Positions 50,671-63,189 are shown, counted from the stretch's first letter. The stretch is 64,000 nucleotides of DNA from Octopus vulgaris (GCA_951406725.2 OX597823.1:60512001-60576000), one strand, 5' to 3'. Translations and numbers: made by a program. The notes: generated from the letters alone by a model not told the origin.

Positions 50671-52107
50671 TTCTCTCCTTGCTGGGAGAATACACCACCA
50701 GGGTGTGGGTAGGATATATTATACAAGATAGGCCCTGTCAAATCTGGAAATAATTTGGGCACAACATGCACTATCTGTTATGTCATTATTCTAAGGGCCA
50801 CTAATGTACCATGTCCTCCACAGGGGTAGGTAAAGAAGTGGCCAAACGTGGTTGGGCAACACATTCTCTTTCATGGGGCCTGATGTGTTATTACCTACTG
50901 CCCCCTTGCAATGGGTGGTTGCATCTACTCTCTCCTCACAAGGGGTGGGCGCACCACTTCGCGGTAGGTGTAGTACACCCACGGTGTCCTATTGGAACAT
51001 CGCTGTGGGTGGGTGTAGTGGGTGTATGCACCTGCGGTGTCCTATGGGAACGTCAGCAGTGAGGTGGTGTAGTGGGTGGATGCACCATCAGGTTTGTCTT
51101 GTGCATACACACACACACACATATGTACACACACACACACACGTATAATATGATGGACCCTCCTGTCGAAGACGATGTTTGAGTGTCCAGTCTTCGCCAA
51201 ATGACCTGATCAAATGATTTGGTTATGGTGATCAAATGCATGTGCTGTACTTTAGCTTATTCCCTCCATCAAATCGACATTACCTGACCAGGTACATGGT
51301 GTACCACACATCAGGTGTCAAAATGATCTTTGAGCAACGTGAGATGAAGTGTTTTGGCTCAAGAACACAATGCACCAATCAGTCTAGGAATTGAAACCAC
51401 GATCTCATGATTATGACTGCAACACCCTAACCACTAAGCCATGCATCCTCATTATAACACACACACACACACACACACAAAAAAAAACTTCCTTCAGTTT
51501 CTCTCCACCAAAATACACTCACAAAGTATTGATTAACCTGAAGCTATAGTAGAAAACACTTGCCCGAAGTGTCATACAGTGAAACTGAACCCAAAACCAT
51601 GTTGTCGGGAAGCAAGCTTCTCACCACACAGCCATGTCTTCACCCGTGAATAAATAATATAGTCCTAAATACACATCTAAAATAAAAGCTGGAATGGCTG
51701 TGGCTGGATTGTCTTTGATCATAGCTCTGCTCTATCAAAGGTTAAACAACAATAACCGCGTATGGATCAAGCTCACAAGAAAACTTGTATAAGGTCACTA
51801 GATCTGCAAGATATAACAGTCAAATCCCTCTTAAAGTAACTCCACCATTTTAAAATAGGAAGGGACATATTAGGTAATGTAATTCTTGATACACCTTGAA
51901 GGACAGAATGGTCATGGTTAGAGTGTCTTTGATCATAGCTGAGCTTAAATCAAAGTTGACATGTGTTAAACGATAATAAAAAGAATGCAATAAGAGAGCC
52001 TCTCCAAGGTCACATCTCTTACTGGAAATAAGAGCCAAATCATTCTCAAATTGCACCATATCCATGTAGAATGTGAAGATGCAAAAAAACAATAATAAAG
52101 CATGCAT

Positions 52108-52208
52108 ACACTGCATGGCACCTTGGGCAAAAGTCTTCTACTATAGCCTCAGGCCAACCACAGCTTTGTGAGTGGGTTTGGTAGACAGAAACTGAAAGAA
52201 GCCCATCG

Positions 52209-52293
<85 letters not shown>

Positions 52294-52505
52294 ATAGATC
52301 TATGTTTGTGTGTCTGTTTGTCACCCCCACTATCGCTTGATGACTGACGTTGGTGTGTTTACGTCCCTATAGCTTAGTGGCTTGGCAAAAGAGACCAATA
52401 GAATAAGTACTAGTCTTACAAAAAATAAGTTCTGGGGTAAATTTGTTCAACTAAAGGCGGTGCTCCAGCATGGCCACAATCAAATGACTGGAACAAATAA
52501 AAGAA
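52108..52505 (+). mobile_element. SINE family A, 5'-truncated
   Basis: GGCACCTTGGGCAA..(TA)n(GATA)n..GACTGGAACAAATAAAAG. Confidence 0.9.
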
Positions 52506-52549
52506 TATAAAAGTTCTCTTTTAGTTCTTATATATCTCAAGAAGGTGTG

Positions 52550-52800
52550 GTGGCATGTGGTTTAGTGGTTAAGGTGTTGGACTCATGATCGCAAAATTAT
52601 GGTTTCAATTCCTAGACCAGGCAATGCATTGTGTTCCTAAATAAATCACTTCATTTCATATTGCTCCAGTTCACTCAGCTGGCAAAAATGAGTAATCCTG
52701 TGATGGACCAGTGTCCCATCCAGATGGGAAATATGTATGCCATGGAAACTGGGAAACCAGCCCTTATGAGTCAAGATGACTCAAGAAGGAAAACTTTACT
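52550..52800 (+). mobile_element. tRNA SINE with CORE-like and V-like domains
   Basis: D-type head and TTGCTCCAGTTCACTCAGCTG, then CCTGTGATGGACCAGTGTCCCATCCAG. Confidence 0.75.
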
Positions 52801-52879
52801 TTACTAGAAGGTAAAGTACTCTGCTGGCCTAAGCTGTATGCTCATTCAGTGTGGTCAAACAGCATGTCAACATCACCAT

Positions 52880-53130
52880 CATCAATTGTCTCAAGTCCTA
52901 AGACTCATAGGGATAGCTATTCAATTTCTATGGCATAAAAGTGAGCAACATCACAACCATTCCCCCACCACCTGAATGGGACATGAGTCCATCTCAGGGT
53001 TACTCATTTACAGCTGAATGGACTGGAACATCATGAAAGAAAGTGCTCTGCCCAAGAATACAATGCACCACCCAGTCCAGGAATTGAAATGACAATCTTG
53101 TGATCATGAGTGCAACATCCCTAACCACTC
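52880..53130 (-). mobile_element. tRNA SINE with CORE-like and V-like domains
   Basis: Minus strand: TCCAGTCCATTCAGCTGTAAATGAGTAACCCTGAGATGGACTCATGTCCCATTCAGG. Confidence 0.7.
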
Positions 53131-53174
53131 GGTTTTGTCAAATGTTCATAATATACAGGTTTAATGAAACAGCA

Positions 53175-53440
53175 ATTCATACTTACTACATTCATTAAAG
53201 TAATGCTTACTACATTCATTAAAGCAGAAGTTGTCTTGCATAAGTCCTACTGCATTGTGAGATGTTTAAGAGAGCAAACCTCCTCCACTGTGATTGATCT
53301 GCTACAAGTTCTTTCTGCTCCTGGTTAACTGGTCTATGGGCAGTTGAGGTCTTTCTAGAATGTCCAGTGCCAGGTATTCTTGAGGCGGCCTCCATTTTTT
53401 TTTCCTTCTGATATTCATAACACTGTAATCTTAGCATGAC
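53175..53440 (-). mobile_element. Decayed RTE-like LINE 3' end
   Basis: Frameshifted GRLKNTWHWTF*KDL..LVADQSQWRRF resembles GRPK.TW..DL..A.DR..WR. Confidence 0.5.
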
Positions 53441-53527
53441 AAGTGACCAGCATGTACAGAATGTAACTTCTCAAGTGAAACATGTATCTGTCATATTTTA
53501 GGCATTTTTATTTTTTCTAATAGTTAT

Positions 53528-53699
53528 AGGCACAGGAGTGGCTATGTGGTAAGTAGCTTGCTTTCCAACCACATGGTTCCGAATTCATTCCCACTGTGTG
53601 GCACCTTGGGCAAGTGTCTTCTACTATAGCCTTGGGCTGACCAAAGCTTTGTGAGTGGATTTGGTTGACAGAAACTGAAAGAAGCCTGTCGTATATATG

Positions 53700-53750
<51 letters not shown>

Positions 53751-53996
53751 ATGTGTGTGTGTGTATATGTTTGTGTGTCTGTGTTTGTCTCCCCAACATC
53801 ACTTGACAACCGATGCTGGTGTGTTTACATCCCCATAACTTAGCAGCGGTTTGGCAAAAGAGACTGATGGAATAAGTACTAGGCTTACAAAGAATAAGTT
53901 CTAGGGTCGATTTGCTCAACTAAAGGCAGTGATCCACCATGGCCGCAGTCAAATGACTGAAACAAGTAAAAGAGAAAGAGAGAGAAAGAGAAAGAG
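53528..53996 (+). mobile_element. SINE family A, full length
   Basis: GGCACAGGAGTGGCTATGTGG head to (AAAGAG)n tail. Confidence 0.95.
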
Positions 53997-55179
53997 CTAG
54001 ATGTACTTCATACCACAGACCAGTTTACTCAAAGATTTCATGCATTTTATTGGTAATTATGTTTGGAAAGTGTGTGATGTAATTCATATTCTTGTAAACA
54101 ACAGGTACTTTTGTGATACATATGTAACATAAATGTGAAAATTTTCTGAGATAAAAGAAAGCAAATCAACATGTGATTAGCAACTGAGTAGAATAGGGAT
54201 ACAACAAATCTATGTCTCATTCAATTAAAACACGTTCTGATGTTTTTTAATAAGAATAGACAGCACTCAATTCCATTGATTCTTTACTTTCTCTATAAAG
54301 CTCTCTATAAAGACTTTCTCTATAGCTCTCTATAAAGACAGATAGGAGAAAAGACAGCTTAGTTCTGTTAATATAGTAAACACATCATAGAGAGGTGCAG
54401 CTGACTCTTCCACCAATTCAACACGACTCTCTAAAGTTTTAGAGAGTCATGTTGAAAACAGAAACAAGCAGAAGAGCTTTTTAAGTTCTGTTTATACAGC
54501 CAGTGGATAGTTGAGAGATAGTGCACCAATAAACTGGTAAAAATTTTTAGTTAGCAACCAAAATTTCACCTGATAGCATGAGAGCCACTAAATCTTCTTT
54601 AGAAAATGAGCAGGAGATATTTGATAATGTTGACTGAAATGCACTACTATGATTAAGAGTATGTCAGCTTGGATGCACTACATCATAGGTCAGCTTCATC
54701 ATGGGCAACATGGAACTAAATAACATCAACAACAGTAACAGCATTACCCAGCATTTAATCACATTCCTTTCCATCCATGACATACCTGTTGCACTGTTTT
54801 AATGTGCTTTGTCACATTATTCTTTCATCCTAATTCACAAATATTTGGTTTCATTAAAATATAAAAAAAGACTACCGTATTTTTCAGCATACAAGTTGAC
54901 ATAGTATGTAGTGTAAACATGTGGAGTAAACATTCAAATGCCATCACTAGCTTCCCAAATTTTTTTGTATTTCCCATGGAATTGTTGGTCCTCTGAAGAC
55001 ATCTTAGTGCATAAGTCAAGCTCCCATTTTTTTGTTTTTTTTAATTTTTGGTTGGAAAAATTCGACTTCTATGCCAGAAAATATGATAATTCCATTGTTT
55101 ACCTTCTTTTCCTTTTCTAACCCTTCCCTTTTTCTTGGTTTTTCCTCCTCCCCATCATCAAGGCACCACTATATGCTCT

Positions 55180-55846
55180 AGGAAATGACTAGAGACCGAG
55201 ACCTATGGAAGTATGCTGTGCGTGAGAAGACCCGGCAAGACTAGTGAGGCCATAACCCATGGCCCCTACCTGGGACGTAGTCAGTCCACCTGTGCATACC
55301 TTCCTTCTTGGGACACTTGTGAAGACCTGTTGAGGCAAGTGAAAATCAAATCAAATCAAAATAGATGAACATCAATGGAATTTGTATCTTTGTGGTACCA
55401 GTGCCGGTGGCACATAAGAAAACCATCCGAACGTGGCTGTAGCCAGTACCACATCGACTGGCCTCCGTGCTGTGGGCACGTAACAAACACCATCCGATCG
55501 TGGCCGTTCGCCAGCCTCGTCTTGCACCTGTGTCGGTGGCACATAAAAAACACCATCTAAGCGTGGCTGTTCGCCAGCCTCGTCTGGCACCTGTGTCGGT
55601 GGCACATAAAAAACACTATCCGAGCGTGGCCGTTTGCCAGCCTCGTCTGGCACCTGTGTCGGTGGCACATAAAATCACCCACTACACTCTCGGAGTGGTT
55701 GGCGTTAGGAAGGGCATCCAGCTGTAGAAACACTGCCAGATCTGACTGGCCTGGTGCAGCCTTCGGGCTCCCCAGACCCCAGTTGAACCGTCCAAACCAT
55801 GCTAGCATGGAAAGCGGACGTTAAATGATGATGATGATGATGATGA
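55180..55846 (+). mobile_element. RTE-like LINE 3' end: ORF terminus, 3' UTR with 63-bp tandem units, (GAT)n tail; longest family C copy with coding remnant
   Basis: EMTRDRDLWKYAVREKTRQD* at ~55182-55244; units at 55406, 55472, 55535, 55598 and 55661. Confidence 0.85.
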
Positions 55847-55951
55847 ATACTACTAAGGTAAGAATTCTATCTCAAGGCATCAAAAATGCTAGTCATCTTC
55901 TTAAGATAGCTGATGAAGACTAAATTTTCATTTGTTCTGTCTTTCACATGG

Positions 55952-56133
55952 TTGTATGTATTTGTTTATAAACATAATTGATTAGATGAAGGAAAAAAAA
56001 ACTTTTCTTTTGTATAGGTTATCTATATGTGCATGTTCATATATGATATATCTATATTTGCATGTGTGTATGATATATATATATACATATATACATACAC
56101 ACATATATATACACATATATAAATACATATATA

Positions 56134-56188
<55 letters not shown>

Positions 56189-56258
56189 TATGTATTTGTT
56201 TATAAACATAATTGATTAGATGAAGGAAAAAAAACTTTTCTTTTGTATAGGTTATCTA
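55952..56258. repeat. ~74-bp direct duplication flanking a TA/TG microsatellite block
   Basis: 55952-56025 equals 56186-56258 apart from A-run length. Confidence 0.92.
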
Positions 56259-57360
56259 AAATTCATAAGTGTCATTTCCTTTAAGTAATTTAAGATCAAC
56301 ATTTTTTTTTTCTTTCATAATACCAAAATTATTTCACATCAATTAGATATTATATTCAATCACACTTCCTTTTTTTTTTTTTTTTAATCTTTTGACAACT
56401 TTCAATTGGCAGGCATCTTGTCAGACAGAAGAACTCTAGTGAAAACATCAAGTTGAAAGTATTTGTAGCCACTAAGTAAATGCAATTTAATTTCTTCTTT
56501 GTAACTGCCATCCTCCACTTCATTCCAGTTTGTCTTCGTCATCACTTCAATCTATCTCTTCTACCTCAATCTCCTCATTCAAAAAAAAAATATTTTTGGC
56601 TTTTATTTCCATTACTTTCCATGTTAACATTGGTTGGGTTTGTCTGGTTTGAAATACAGCATCGTTGTTTTTGTTTGTTTATTACCAGGTCAAAGCTTGA
56701 ATGAGCATGCTTATCATGACTATTCCATCATTTTTCTCTTCACTTCTTATAGGCACCATCATGCCCATTCATGTATTCATTAATTTTTATGTCCACTTTT
56801 CCATATTAGTAAGAGTCAGTTAAATAGATCTTTCCAAGATTTGTCTTAAATTCAGATGCTCTTCCTGTAGCTAACTAACCTGTATCTGTTTTTTTAAGTT
56901 AAAGATCTCTCACTCTACATGTCTTCAAAAGAACAAAGCCTATCAATGATTCGATAATGATTCGCTGACAAGAGAGAGGATGACAATCACTTGTAGCTCA
57001 ACATATTTCTGTGATATTCACAGAGAGACAAGCTGCAGTGAGATTAAAGCCAAACCATGTGATTGGGAAGCGAATTTCTTAACTACACATCCTATCTGGT
57101 TTGTTTTATATACACATCCATATGTACAAACACATATATATCCATACATAGATACATGTGTGTATGTGTGTGTGTGCATGCGTGTGTGCGAGTGTGTGAA
57201 AATATCGAACAATGCAAATGAGTACTCATCAACACTGCATTGGTGGATAAAGATTCTTTATTTGTGGATTAAGGATACCATTGGTTCATCACTAATGAAG
57301 TTCATAAGATAATCTTTTATTCCTTTGTCATCTCTTTTTCTTATGTATGTGTGTGTGTGT

Positions 57361-57697
57361 GAAGGCACATGGCTCAGTGGTCAGAACATCGAACTTATGA
57401 CCGTGAGGTTGTGAGTTTGAATCCCAAACTGGGCTGCGTGTAGTGTTCTTGAGTAAGACGCTTTATTTCACGTTGCTCCAGTTCACTCAGCTGTAGAAAT
57501 GAGTTGCGACATCACTGTTGCTAAGCTGTATCGGCCTTTGCCTTTCCCTTAGATAACATCGGTGGCATGGAGAGGGGGAGGCTGGTATGCATGGGCGACT
57601 ACTGGTCTTCCATAAACAACCTCGCCCGGACTTGTGCCTGGGAGGGTAACTTTCTTGGTGCAATCCCATGGTCATTCGTGACCGAGAGGGGTCTCCG
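57361..57697 (+). mobile_element. SINE family D
   Basis: Collinear with the other D copies. Confidence 0.92.
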
Positions 57698-57733
57698 ATA
57701 TATATATATATCTTCAGCCACCTCATATATATA

Positions 57734-58352
57734 TGAGGTTTTGAATGGAAAGAGGTTGCTCTTTCAACAGGGATTATTTCATCTAAGTGTACACCAGTTT
57801 AGCTCCATATCAATTAATTTTCCTGGAATTTGTGAATTTGTGTTAGTGTTAATGTTTATTGACGGTTCTTCTTCGGCATCAATACCTAACACCCATGGAG
57901 TTTCAGTTGTCGTTATAGATGTTTTCATCTATCTGTTATAGGAGAACAGAATTTTAATAATATAATATAAAGAAAATGGAGAGTGTGGACACAGAAAAAA
58001 AATCAATTTATTTATATAATAGTCAATTTCATGTCACCTACACACGTTTTAATTTCTGACCTTCATTCATATTTTACAATTAAAATGCATTATGAATTGA
58101 ATAGGTAAAAATCTCTTCAGTGCAAAATTTGACATATATTCATTTACATCCTAAAGGATGGAGAGTTCCTTGCTGAATAGGATGTACATGAATATATGCC
58201 AATTTTGCCCTGAAGAGATTTTTACCTTTTAAATTCATAATGCAACTTTAATTGTAAAATATGAATGGAGGTGACAAATTGAAGTGCGTAGGTGACATTA
58301 AATTGACTATTATATAAATAAATTGATTTTTCTGCGTTCACACTCTCCATTT
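57734..58352. mobile_element. TA-flanked DNA element with internal ~178-bp inverted repeat
   Basis: 57974-58152 is the reverse complement of 58179-58352; starts TA|TGAGGTTTTGAATGGAAAG. Confidence 0.8.
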
Positions 58353-58547
58353 CCTTTTGCCCGAAATGGTCGTGACTTTTGGTACTTGACTGAGGAAAGA
58401 AAGCCATGAATGACCCATCATTTTATGCCTGTCCTTCTATTTGTTGTTTCTCTTGTTTACCTTTGTATCGCCTATCTGTCCAAATGTTTTGTTGTCCTGT
58501 ATTGTGTTTTTGTTCCATTTATATATATGTGTGTATATATATATATG

Positions 58548-58611
<64 letters not shown>

Positions 58612-58861
58612 GTATGTATATAACAATCAAGGATAAAATCTTAATAAGATTTTATCAAGTAGCCAGTATGTAATGAACCATATAGGTAATAATTAATACA
58701 AGTATACATAATTATAGAAATATAATTATAATAATAAGGGCACTAATGAATAGTTCTACATGCTGGAAATAGATACCAAATGGCTTTAAGAACTACTGTT
58801 ACATGCTCCATTGGCATGGATTGAAAGTGAGGAAAGTAAATAAATACGATTTCGTAAAAGA

Positions 58862-58930
58862 GGTTTAACTATAGATCAATTTCTGGCTTAGAGATGTAAC
58901 ATCTCCTACATTCATCAGTATAGTTTGACC
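58862..58930 (-). ncRNA. Minimal type I hammerhead ribozyme motif (Penelope-like-element type)
   Basis: Stem I AACUAUA/UAUAGUU, core CUGAUGA, stem II GAGAUG-UUA-CAUCUC, GAAA, 2-bp stem III, AUC triplet. Confidence 0.75.
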
Positions 58931-60374
58931 AATTGTACATAATTATAGACATTTATACTTAACAATATGAACAGTTCTATATTTAAGAGATGAGAAATTA
59001 TATACAATATTTACATTATTTACATTATTTACATTTACAATCCAAAAACGAAAAATTATTAAGATTGTACTTGTAAAATAATTGGACAAAAAGGTTCTTA
59101 CATGAAATAAGGATTGAGGGTTTAAACCTAAAATTTAATCTTTTAACTGCAAAATTAAATTTCATGGTTATTTCAGTATTGATGTTAAATATCTGCTGTT
59201 GCTTCAATAAACTTGACACATCTCAACAAAATATAGTTTCAGATATGACATTCCTCAACAAAAGATAGTTAGTGAGGTAATGAAATTTTGAGTGTATATA
59301 TTTGATTTCTTTAGTAAAATGGTTATTCACTTAACAAACCAGTAAAATTCTAACATGATATAAATCAAATACAAATAGTTGGGAACAAAAACTAAAAAGA
59401 GTTGTGAAAAGAATGTATGTGAAGTTAGTCTTTGCCTTATATAATTCTATTCACATCAAGAATGCATTATATGAGTATATTATAACACCAGTATTTAATT
59501 AGTATTATATTTTATCAACTGCAGAAGGATGAAAAGCAAAATATAAAGTTTCTTCAGAAACATCTCAGACTTTAGATTCTGGTCTGGTATCTGTGAATGT
59601 TCAAGCAAAGACTAACAAGATAGCTATGAACTGGCTGTTGAAATGTTGGAGTCAATCAAATAGTAAGGGTGGAAGAGGAAGGAGAAGGAGAAGGCTAAAA
59701 AAAAAAAATAACAGAAGCAATAACAAGAATCAGATAAATACCAAAAGGTATTAGAAGCATTAAGCTTACAAAGATGGTATATTTAGCATTAAAGAGCAGC
59801 AGTCCAAGAATGTGTTATAGTAAAAAGATGAAAAAAAAAAAACAAGAATGGGAAATATTTTGAGGAAGCAAGACAGATGGGAAATGAATTTCGATATCTC
59901 TGGTAAATAACTGAGACTCAATAACAGGTACATTAATATTCTTTTATTCTTTTCTTTTACTTGTTTCAGTCATTTGACTGCAGCCATTCTTGAGCAATGT
60001 GTGTGATTTTTATTTTACTTATTCATTTTTGATGGGTAGAGAGAAAGAGAAGTACAAGGTCTTATGTATTTTTTTCAGGACAAGAAAAAGAAAGTTATTT
60101 ATTTATATGTTATAATTAGCAATTGTTAATTACAGGCTTTCTAATGAGCTAATCAATGATTCGTTGCATTTCTGATGACTAAAGTGACAAGGGAACATCT
60201 GTAATTCACAACAGAACAAACATTGCCAAAGATATTTTTGCACAGTACCAGTTTCTCGGTCTTCTATGCCGATATACATAGGGGAATGATGACACATTAT
60301 TGACATTTCAATATATCTTGCTGGTCAAGGTAGGTAGCAGCTTTATAGACCAAAATTATATAAACAGAATAAAA

Positions 60375-60860
60375 ATTGAATATTGTTGTATCTTGGGAGG
60401 ATCATCATCATCATCATCATCATCATCATTTAACATCTGCTTTCCATGCTAGCATGGGCTGGACGATTTGACTGAGGACTAGCGAACCATTTGGCTGCAC
60501 CAGGTTCCAATCTGATCGATCATTATGTCAATAATAAACACATACACTGTTTCAGTTTCACTTCTTTATTATAAGTAAACTGGTTAGTTATTTATCCACC
60601 CAACTAAATGGTCACCTGTTTAACCCAAAGCAGATTTGAAAGAGAGAGGATATGCATTCATGAGGTCGTGGATGGTGAGAAAAGGACTCTGATAAGCAAC
60701 TGCTTAATTGTTTAACTAAATGATTAAGCAATAAATTAATTAGTTGGTTGGTTAAATAATTAACCAATTGACTTCATAATGAAGAAGCAAAACTGAACCA
60801 GTACATGTGTTTATTATTGACATAATGACCTTCCCAAAATGCAACAAAATTTGTTTCAAC
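60375..60860. mobile_element. Long-TIR MITE with nested family C fragment (60399-60517)
   Basis: CATTATGTCAATAATAAACACAT versus ATGTGTTTATTATTGACATAATG; GATCAT duplicated around the insert; homologue near 3370-3500. Confidence 0.7.
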
Positions 60861-61426
60861 ACACAAATTCACATCAAGAATCTTGTTCAAATTCCACTGA
60901 GATCGACTTTGCCTTTCATTCTTTCAGGATCAATACAACAAACAACAGTTGAGCACTAGAGTCAATGTAATTAACATACCCACTCTCCCAAAATTGCTGG
61001 CCTTGTGCCAAAATTTGAAACCAATATGTATAGTGATTCTGGTTGTTGAAGTAATTAGTTGCAAAGCCCACAGTAAGCCCAAAATTTTTTGCATTATGTC
61101 TATGATAGAAATCAGGTATTACTAACAACGCTGCAGAGCTGATAACTATTTGCTTGGGTTCTTCTTTCAGACCATATTCCAGGCATTTTCCCCAGATCTT
61201 CCTTTAACTTCTTCCAGCCTCATTGATGAATATTCAGTGAATGCTAATTTGTAAAATTAAATGCTAACTGGCTGAGTATTCCGCAGATATATGTACCCCA
61301 AATAGAGTTCCCAGTCTGAATCAATGTGACACAGTGTGATAAAGCTAGACTTGAAAATTATAGGTACAATCCAGAGAAAGAGAGAGAGAGAGAGAATTAT
61401 CCACAGTACTTGACTGGTAATATTAA

Positions 61427-62122
61427 ACCTTTTAGCATTCAGATTAACCTTATCAAATGTAATGCTCATAGGCATAGATGTGGCTGTGTGGTAAATAGCT
61501 TGCTTACAAACCACATGGTTCTGGGTTAAGTCCCACTGCGTGGCACCTTGGGCAAGTGTCTTCTGCTATAGCCTTGGGTCGATTAAAGCCTTGTGAGTAG
61601 ATTTGGTAGACAAGAACTGAAAGAAGCCCATTGTTTATATGTATATATATATATATGTATGTGTGTATATATATGTTTGTGTGTCTGTGTTTGTCCCCCC
61701 CCCCCCATGTATCTTCCACCTGCCAGGGAACAGCATTGTCAGCTTACACTACAGGACACCTGCCATTTCGCTTGACAACCGATGCTGGTGTGTTTATGTC
61801 CCCATAACTTAGCAGTTCGGCAAATGAAAGCAATAGAATAAGTACTAGGCTTACAAAGAATAAGTCCTGGGGTCGATTTGCTTGACTAAAGGCAGTGCTC
61901 CAGCATGGCCACAATCAAATGACTGAAACAAGTAAAAGAGAAAAGAGTATTCACATTGTTTTCAATTAATCATGCATTATCCTGTAGCTCTGAGATATAA
62001 ATATGATTGTTTATTATTAGAATAACATTGTAGGGTAGGTGTGAGAGGTCAAATTTGGCTGGTTTTAACATAAAACAGGTAAAATATATAGGCCGGATAT
62101 GGCTGGTTTAAATGCTAAAGGG
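61427..62122. mobile_element. piggyBac-type (TTAA) MITE with nested SINE A
   Basis: TTAA|ACCTTTTAGCATT ... AATGCTAAAGGG|TTAA; same left end at ~4106. Confidence 0.75.
61469..61948 (+). mobile_element. SINE family A, full length, with 65-bp foreign insert
   Basis: Matches the family except 61705-61769. Confidence 0.93.
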
Positions 62123-62133
62123 TTAATGATTCT

Positions 62134-62348
62134 AAGGGGGCAAGATGGCAGAATCGTTACTACACCAGACAAAATGCTTAACCTTTTGTTTGTCTTTACA
62201 TTCTGAGTTCAAATCTCACTGAGGTCCATTTTGCCTTCCATCCTTTCAGGGTTGATAAAATAAATGTTAATTGAACACTGAGGTCGATGTAACCGACTTA
62301 CCCACTCTCCTAAAATTATCGTCCTTGTACCAAAATTTGACACCAATA
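62134..62348 (+). mobile_element. SINE family B
   Basis: GGCAGAATCGTTA..GTTCAAATC..TTTGCCTTCCATCCTTTCAGGGTTGATAAAAT..CCAAAATTTGA. Confidence 0.85.
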
Positions 62349-63189
62349 TTTAATGACTCTGAAAAGATGAAAGACAGAGACCGACCTCTGTTGGATTTGA
62401 ACTCGGAACATTGAGAGCCAAGTCAAATACTGCAGATTGATGTGCATTCTTCTACCTGATACTCTAATGATTCTGCCAAGATGTCATCTTACATCTGTTG
62501 TTAGACCTTGAAATTGAATATTCACTGGAATATGAAGAAAACATTGCACGTGCAAGGTGAGAACAACTTTAACTAACCATGGATTTGCAGCTTGTTGTTT
62601 TGTCAGTAGAATTATATTCAAAAGAATTGTCATCATCAAAGTGAACTACCACATAGCACAACTCAAAAATTTGACCATTTTGTTATAAGATCAGGGTGCA
62701 CATCAAAGATAATTCCTAAATTCTGAAATGGTTTTTATTTATTTATTCATAAATGTAAAATTAGCAACTGAAGAAATGTGAAAGCAGAAATAAAGAATAG
62801 AGAAGTGGAGTTTTTTTGTTTGTTTTGTGGGTTTTTTTTTATCTTTTTGAATATATTTGAAGGAATTTGAATCAAATGGCGCAAACAAAACAAAGGGAAA
62901 TTGACTTGAAGTGTTTGTTAATCAAATTATAAAATAGCTACAGTTTTACATGCCAATGCTCCATTATAGTAAAAATGTATATATAAATTGCCATTAAGGC
63001 AAATGAAATCTAGGTCCCCCTCTAAAAAAAAAAAAGGAAGTTAAAAATAAATAGATATACAAGTTGACCTATAAAACTGACCTAAAAAAACAGCAACACT
63101 GCACTCAGAGAAAAAAAAAGAAAGCAGTTTGATAAAGCTAAGAGATAATAAAGTTATTGTTGGGGGTATATTGTGTATGTAGTGTAACA

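Noticed and set aside
55372-55808. 21-aa repeat proteins or a CRISPR-like array
   Set aside because: 63-bp tandem units without unique spacers inside a LINE 3' UTR; ORFs on both strands arise because 63 is divisible by 3
55905-60200. Other CTGATGA matches at ~55911 and ~60172 as hammerheads
   Set aside because: No stem II followed by GAAA and no stem I
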